Source: Rubripirellula sp.
GTDB lineage: Bacteria > Planctomycetota > Planctomycetia > Pirellulales > Pirellulaceae
Assembly: GCA_965216875.1 (NCBI GenBank)
Contig: OZ244207.1
Location: 2,048,001-2,112,000, forward strand
Length of the DNA stretch: 64,000 bases
Reading direction: 5' to 3'
Every line of letters starts with the position of its first letter. Position 1 is the stretch's first letter. This document shows positions 58,474 through 64,000 of this stretch, in pieces. The translations under genes were made by a program, and so were the position numbers. The notes beneath the pieces are model-generated. The model searched no databases and was not told where the DNA came from. It saw only the letters and a list, made by a program, of their open reading frames with translations.

Positions 58474-61212
58474 CTACGACTTCTTCTCAGGCACGCCTTT
58501 TTTCTTCGCAGTCTTCTTTTTGACGGCTTTCTTCTTTGCGGCCTTCTTTTTGGTTGCCTTTTTCTTAGCCGTCTTTTTCTTCGCAGCCTTCTTTTTGGTT
58601 GCTTTCTTCTTTTTCTTCTTCTTGGTCGGCCCCTTTGCGGCGCGAACGGCAAGCAGGTCGAGGGCAGCTTCGAAGGTCAATTCCTTCGGATCGGACCCGC
58701 GAGGCAGCGATGCATTGGTTTCGCCATCGGTCACGTACGGTCCATAGCGTCCATCAAGAATCTTCACCTCGCCTTCGGTCACCGGCGACTTGCCCTCATA
58801 AACCTTCAGCGGTTCTTTGGGAGCAGCGCGGCCTCGCGTCTTGGGCTGCTTGAGAAGCTCCATCGCTTGTTCGAACGTGACATCAAGCGGAGAGAGATCC
58901 GCTGGGAGGGAACGCGTCTCTTTCTCGCATTTGACGTACGGTCCGTAGCGACCGTCGAACGCCTGGACGGGGTTTCCGTTTTCCGGGTGGTCGCCGAGTG
59001 TTCGTGGCAGCTCGAGAAGCTTGCAAGCCATTTCGACCGTCAAGTCTTCGGGGGTCATACCACGAAGCAGCGACTGGTTACGTTTCTCTTCGTCGTCCGA
59101 TTCGCCAAGTTGAATGTAGGGACCGAATCGGCCGACTTTGACGTAAATGGGTTTGCCGTTGTCGGGGTGCGTGCCGATCGGAGCCTGCTGAATCTCGGCT
59201 TGTTCAAGCAGCTCGATCGCTTTTGGCAGGTCCATCTCATCGGGCGGCAAGCCGTCGGGGATCGAGGCCGTGCGTTCGCCCTGTTGAATGAACGGATTGT
59301 CGCGGCCAACACGCACAAAGACTTCTTCTCGGTGCTCACCCGAGTCGGGAGTGCCAAGGGTGAACTGCGCCGTGGTCCGCGGGTCGATTTCATCAAGTTT
59401 GACTTTGACGCGTTCCTTCAATCCGACATTGTGTTTGTCTTGGGATTGGTCGCCAAAGTAGAACTTCTCGAGGTATTGCCGCGCCCCCACTTCCTGACGA
59501 CTGATCGAGTCAAGGAAATCCTCCATTTCGGCGGTGAACTCGTAGTCAACGAGTGTCGAGAAGTGTTGTTCCATCAAGCGAGTGACACTGAAAGCTCGCC
59601 ATGTCGGAACGAGGGCAGAGCCTTTCTTGATGATGTAGTTCCGCCGCTCGTCGGTGATGGTTCCGATAATCGACGCATACGTACTCGGACGACCAATACC
59701 GCGTTCTTCGAGGGTTCGTGTGAGCGAAGCTTCGGTGTACCGCGCTGGTGGCTGAGTCGTGTGACTCTTTGGCTCAAGCTCTTTGGCGCTAAGCGATTCG
59801 TTCTCTTGAACACTTGGCAGGAGCCGTTCTTTATTGGCCAATTCGGCTTCGGGGTTGTCGCTGCCTTCGACGTAGGCTCGTAGAAAACCTTCGAACAAGA
59901 TGCTTGTTCCGCTAGCCGTGAATTTGGCTCCACCGCCTTCGATCGAGATGCTGATACGTTGCTTTTTCGCATCGGCCATTTGACAGGCGATCGTCCGTTT
60001 CCAAATCAACTCATAGAGGCGGAATTGGTCGGAATCGAGTTCGCCTTTGACAGCGCTCGGTTTTCGGAACGACGTACCGGCCGGACGTACCGCTTCGTGA
60101 GCTTCTTGGGCGTTTTTGACTTTACCCTTGTAGACCCGCACGTCGGGGTGAAGGAAATCGTCGCCGTATTCACTGCGTACCAAATTTCGAGCGGCGCCGA
60201 TCGCTTCCTTGCTGAGCGTCGTGCTGTCGGTACGCATGTAGGTGATGTAACCGTTCTCGTACAGCTTCTGGGCGGCACCCATCGTGCGTTTGGCCGAGAA
60301 ACCGAGTTTGCGGTTGGCTTCCTGTTGCAGCGTACTGGTCGTAAACGGTGCGCGAGGCCTTTCGGTAAAGGGTTTGACTTCGACCGACGTGACCGAGAAA
60401 TCGGCGTTCATCAAGCGGCCGGCCAATTCGGTCGCCTGCTGCTCGTCCATCTGGTACAGGTCGGCATTCTTGAGCTGACCGGTTGCCGAATCAAAGTCTT
60501 TGCCTGAGGGAATCTTGCGCCCGTCGACCGATGCCAGCGTCGCTGTCATCTTTTCCGATTTCTGGGTTTCGAAGATCGCTTCCAGGTCCCAGTAGGTCGA
60601 ATCGACAAAGGCAATTCGCTCGCGTTCGCGCTGAACGATCAGACGCACTGCGACACTTTGCACACGTCCGGCACTGGTGTTTTTGCCGACACGCCGCCAC
60701 AACAGCTGGGACATGTCAAAGCCGTAGAGGCGGTCGATAATTCGACGAGTTTCTTGCGCATTGACAAGACCTTCATCGATTTCCCGCGTCGCCTCGAGAG
60801 CGTTTGCGATCGCCTCTTTGGTGATTTCGTGGAAAACGAGTCGGTGGACCGGCACTTTTGGCTTGAGGATCTCGAGCAGGTGCCAGCTGATCGCCTCTCC
60901 TTCGCGGTCTTCGTCCGTCGCGAGATAGAGCTTGTCACACTCTTTGAGGGCTTTCTTGAGCTTCGTCACCTGCTTTTTCTTTTCATCAGGGACGATGTAG
61001 ACCGGTTTGAACCCGTCGTTGATGTCAACGCCGAGGTAGGCCCACTCTTCTTTCTTGAACTTCTCCGGACAATCTTTTTTGCCCTCGGGCAGATCGCGGA
61101 CGTGACCGATACTCGCCTCGACCTGGTATCCGCTCCCAAGGAATTTGGAGATTGTGCGTGCTTTTGCCGGTGATTCGACGATCACCAAGCTCTTGCCCGT
61201 GCTTTTGGCCAT
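58474..61212 (-). CDS. topA: DNA topoisomerase I (type IA)
   Basis: IVESPAKA, ATDEDREGE, SAGRVQS, GYITYMRTDS (catalytic Tyr), QEAHEA, GRFGPY/GRYGPY C-terminal repeats, Lys-rich tail. Confidence 0.98.
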   Translation of the reverse strand: MAKSTGKSLVIVESPAKARTISKFLGSGYQVEASIGHVRDLPEGKKDCPEKFKKEEWAYLGVDINDGFKPVYIVPDEKKKQVTKLKKALKECDKLYLATDEDREGEAISWHLLEILKPKVPVHRLVFHEITKEAIANALEATREIDEGLVNAQETRRIIDRLYGFDMSQLLWRRVGKNTSAGRVQSVAVRLIVQRERERIAFVDSTYWDLEAIFETQKSEKMTATLASVDGRKIPSGKDFDSATGQLKNADLYQMDEQQATELAGRLMNADFSVTSVEVKPFTERPRAPFTTSTLQQEANRKLGFSAKRTMGAAQKLYENGYITYMRTDSTTLSKEAIGAARNLVRSEYGDDFLHPDVRVYKGKVKNAQEAHEAVRPAGTSFRKPSAVKGELDSDQFRLYELIWKRTIACQMADAKKQRISISIEGGGAKFTASGTSILFEGFLRAYVEGSDNPEAELANKERLLPSVQENESLSAKELEPKSHTTQPPARYTEASLTRTLEERGIGRPSTYASIIGTITDERRNYIIKKGSALVPTWRAFSVTRLMEQHFSTLVDYEFTAEMEDFLDSISRQEVGARQYLEKFYFGDQSQDKHNVGLKERVKVKLDEIDPRTTAQFTLGTPDSGEHREEVFVRVGRDNPFIQQGERTASIPDGLPPDEMDLPKAIELLEQAEIQQAPIGTHPDNGKPIYVKVGRFGPYIQLGESDDEEKRNQSLLRGMTPEDLTVEMACKLLELPRTLGDHPENGNPVQAFDGRYGPYVKCEKETRSLPADLSPLDVTFEQAMELLKQPKTRGRAAPKEPLKVYEGKSPVTEGEVKILDGRYGPYVTDGETNASLPRGSDPKELTFEAALDLLAVRAAKGPTKKKKKKKATKKKAAKKKTAKKKATKKKAAKKKAVKKKTAKKKGVPEKKS

Positions 61213-61336
61213 TCAACGTGCGATGGTTCGAGTCTTGACTTCGGGTCCAGCCGATTTTCCGGCCTTCGAAAAGGATGGTCGGCGCCGACAGTGGTTGTTT
61301 ATCGGATTGGTTCTACCGTTGTGACAGCAATTCGCC

Positions 61337-61366
61337 TTGACCCTTGAAAAAGGGGGGCGATACGCT
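61337..61366 (+). promoter_or_regulatory. Candidate sigma70-type promoter
   Basis: TTGACC-N18-TACGCT in the topA divergent intergenic region. Confidence 0.4.
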
Positions 61367-61761
61367 TTCTACTTGGTTGGTGAGCAACTCCAGGTCGAAA
61401 GGACGCCCCAGCGGTCGGTCAACTTCCCGAAATGAACACGGGTGGTGACGTTTTGGTCCGCTGTTTGTCCTCAAGCCGCCTAAAGAGGGTTGGGTGATCT
61501 GCCATCATTTGTCAAGATGACTGAGGATGACGTTTTGCCGGCTCTTTCAGAGTGCCACCATGGACGGACCCCAATAATTTCACCAATCCCGCGAAAAGAG
61601 TACGCAGCCAATTTTCCCTGATTGTCGAACTTCTTCCTCCTCAACATTCACCCTCGGGTGCCAATTTTGGGGATTCTTTCCAGGGAGAGGCCCGGCGGAT
61701 ACAGTTTTGCAAACAAAACGACCACGGTCAGGCAGATTTGAGACTCTGAAAGTTTCCTCCT

Positions 61762-64000
61762 ATGAACAACAGTCCTTTCGAGATTTTCCGGCGCAACCTC
61801 AAGCCATTGATGGTGTTGTTGACCGGATTGGCAATGTTCGCATTCGTCGTCCTTCCTGTGATGGACACTTACATGCGGCGTGGAGCGAGTGGCGGCGGTG
61901 AAGCCGTTGTCGCCCAATTCGATGGGATCACCCTGACCCAGGCACGTATGGATTCGTTGACTCGCAACCATGCGGCAACTGTCCGGTTCCTTCGCGAACT
62001 CGCGGAATTGACGATTGCCGATGGTGGTGTGCCCCGAACCGGCGGTTTTTCCTACGACGCCCAAAATCAACGCATCGAACGAATCGGGATCAACGAAACG
62101 GCATCGAACGAATGGACCGTTCGTGCGGTTCAGTGGTCCAACCGAGCCAAGAAAGCTGGCTTCGAGCTTGACGATTTTGCGATCGAAACATGGCTGCAGC
62201 AGTACTCGGATGGTCGATTCACGGAGTCGCAGATCATCGGTCTGCTGATGGAGAGCACCGGCAACTCGATGGGCCGGCCACACCTGTACGAACAGCTTCG
62301 GTACCAATTGCTGGCCAGCATGTATTCCCAGGCCGCCTACGCAGCTGTACCGAGTGGTCAATTCCCACAGCTGACACCTTCCGAACAGTGGGAGTCGTTC
62401 CTGAAGCTCAATCGAAACGCGCGGATCGACGTTTACGGCGTTCCCGTTTCGGAATTCATGGACCAAACCAACGAGAATCCCTCGATGGCTGAAATCCAGA
62501 AGATCTTTGACGAAGGCAAAGATCGAAGCGCGAGCGACCAATCGCCCGAACCTGGTTTCTACAAACGTTCGACTGCAAAGTTTGAATACCTGGTCGCCAA
62601 TTACAAAACATTCCTCGACGCCGAAATCGCAAAGCTGACCGAGGAAGAGTTGCGTGCCGAATACGACAAACGTTTGAGTGGCGGCGAATTCCAATTGCCG
62701 ACCGGCATGTTCTCGCCCGCCGGTGAGGGTGCTGCTGAGGCTGGAGCGGACGCTGGTGCCGCAGACACAAGCCCAGAGGCCGCAGATTCTGGCGATGCAG
62801 CAGCGGAAAAGACGGACGCAGAAGCTTCCGAATCAGCCCCAGGCGACACGGATGCGGCATCGGCAGAGGAGGCTGAAGGCTCGTCAGAAGAAGCAGGTGC
62901 GGATGCTTCCGCAGAAGCGGGCGAAGCAACTGCGGAGGATACCGCTGAAGAAGCAGGCGAATCGACAAGCGAAGAAGGCGAAGCTGGCCGGGCCGATCAA
63001 TCCAGCACCAACGCCGATCGTGCTGTTCGCTTGGTTGCGTTGCAGGACGAATCGCAGTCGACCGAAGAAGCTGCTGCTGAAGCCACCGAAGAGGCTCCAG
63101 CATCCGAAGAGTCGGCCGAGACCGCTGAATCGGCTGACGAAGAGGGTGAAGGCGAAGCTGCCGCCGAGAAAACCGCGGCTGCCGACGATTCCAACGCAGA
63201 ATCAGAAGGTACCGAAGGTTCCGCTGGCGAAGATGCTTCCGCTGAAGCAGCCGCCGAAGAAGCCGAGCCAGCCAAGACGAAAACATTTGAAGAAGTTCGC
63301 GATCAGATCGCCGAGGACCTCGCCGGTCCAGAGGCTCGCCGCAAACTAAACGCGGCAGCCGCTGCGGCAGTGCGTGAGATGAAGAGTTACTTCAACAGCC
63401 GCGCGATTCACGAGAGCAATGTTGCCAACGGCGACAAGGTTGACCCCCTTGAACCGTTCGACATGAAGGCGCTCGCGAAAAAGCTTGGCCTGGAATACCA
63501 AGAGCCGGTTGGTCCCTACGACATTGTTTCGATTGACGATGAGCCGATTGCTCAATCGAGCGAAGAAGGCTTCGAAATGCTACGTCGTGGACCTCCATTT
63601 GCCCTGATGATGTATGGCTTCCCCGGCCAGCTTCAGCCACAACAGTTGTACTACCCGTTGCGAACGGTCGACGACCAAGGTGGCCTAACCTACATCTCGT
63701 GGAAGACCGAAGAAAAAGAGGCTTACACGCCAACGCTTGACGAAGTCAAAGACGAAGTCATCAAGGCAGCACGCACGATTGAAGCTCGTGATCTTGCACT
63801 TGCCGCCGCCCAAGAGATCGCCGAGAAGGTTGATGGCGGATCGTTTGAAGAGGCCATCGGTGAGGACAAGAAGGACTTCCTTGATCTTGGCATCGGTCCC
63901 TTCTCGCACCTTCAAATGCAGGGCCGTGGCGGATCGACGATCGGCAACGTGCCAGAACTTGATTCCGTTGGCGACGACTTCATGAAGTCGGTGTTTGCAA
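61762..64000 (+). CDS. Membrane-anchored periplasmic protein, PpiD/SurA-like chaperone candidate, truncated by window end
   Basis: Absent from the ORF track (no stop). MNNSPFEIFRRNLKPLMVLLTGLAMFAFVVLP..., reads open to the window end; TEEELRAEYD, KTFEEVRDQI and PTLDEVKDEV motifs resemble PpiD-type chaperones. Confidence 0.8.
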   Translation, partial: MNNSPFEIFRRNLKPLMVLLTGLAMFAFVVLPVMDTYMRRGASGGGEAVVAQFDGITLTQARMDSLTRNHAATVRFLRELAELTIADGGVPRTGGFSYDAQNQRIERIGINETASNEWTVRAVQWSNRAKKAGFELDDFAIETWLQQYSDGRFTESQIIGLLMESTGNSMGRPHLYEQLRYQLLASMYSQAAYAAVPSGQFPQLTPSEQWESFLKLNRNARIDVYGVPVSEFMDQTNENPSMAEIQKIFDEGKDRSASDQSPEPGFYKRSTAKFEYLVANYKTFLDAEIAKLTEEELRAEYDKRLSGGEFQLPTGMFSPAGEGAAEAGADAGAADTSPEAADSGDAAAEKTDAEASESAPGDTDAASAEEAEGSSEEAGADASAEAGEATAEDTAEEAGESTSEEGEAGRADQSSTNADRAVRLVALQDESQSTEEAAAEATEEAPASEESAETAESADEEGEGEAAAEKTAAADDSNAESEGTEGSAGEDASAEAAAEEAEPAKTKTFEEVRDQIAEDLAGPEARRKLNAAAAAAVREMKSYFNSRAIHESNVANGDKVDPLEPFDMKALAKKLGLEYQEPVGPYDIVSIDDEPIAQSSEEGFEMLRRGPPFALMMYGFPGQLQPQQLYYPLRTVDDQGGLTYISWKTEEKEAYTPTLDEVKDEVIKAARTIEARDLALAAAQEIAEKVDGGSFEEAIGEDKKDFLDLGIGPFSHLQMQGRGGSTIGNVPELDSVGDDFMKSVFA

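Noticed and set aside
58867..59883. 338-aa + strand ORF
   Set aside because: Antisense shadow of topA.
61370..61510. Calling the intergenic hairpin 6S RNA
   Set aside because: No clear large central bubble or conserved 6S blocks could be verified by eye; kept only as an unnamed candidate.
61648..63286. Minus-strand ORFs of 348 and 276 aa and the + strand 223-aa ORF
   Set aside because: Shadows or alternative frames of the real stop-less + strand CDS starting at 61762.

Overview
Chromosomal segment of a planctomycete, most likely Pirellulaceae. The evidence is the DUF1501/DUF1549-DUF1553 genes, a TIGR03067-like domain, a DUF6800-like small protein, a PEP-CTERM protein and GTAG-type REP repeats. 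About 43 CDS can be supported; I see no rRNA, tRNA, CRISPR array or transposase. Main blocks: (1) a DUF58-BatA/vWA-vWA/GATase-giant coiled-coil-prenyltransferase-repeat operon with no adjacent MoxR ATPase (1-12005); (2) a tightly packed six-gene minus-strand run, CYTH / putative Zn-finger / DUF2334 deacetylase / methyltransferase / GT2 / kinase-like (17067-20789), ending in a nested REP mosaic; (3) mixed housekeeping and planctomycete-specific genes (IPMDH-like dehydrogenase, mutY, PEP-CTERM metzincin, WD40-DUF1501-DUF1549/1553, orphan Wza-like exporter, large membrane patatin-like lipase); (4) a seven-gene glycolate operon (2-hydroxyacid reductase, LctP permease, serine/alanine:glyoxylate aminotransferase, glcDEF, RraA/HMG-aldolase-like gene) lacking glcB, gcl and bhc genes, the most interesting candidate for an undescribed pathway; (5) a GldA/GldFG/DUF4340 ABC system, topA, and a divergent, window-truncated PpiD-like gene, with a structured intergenic RNA candidate between them. 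All family assignments come from motif recognition by eye; no searches were run.
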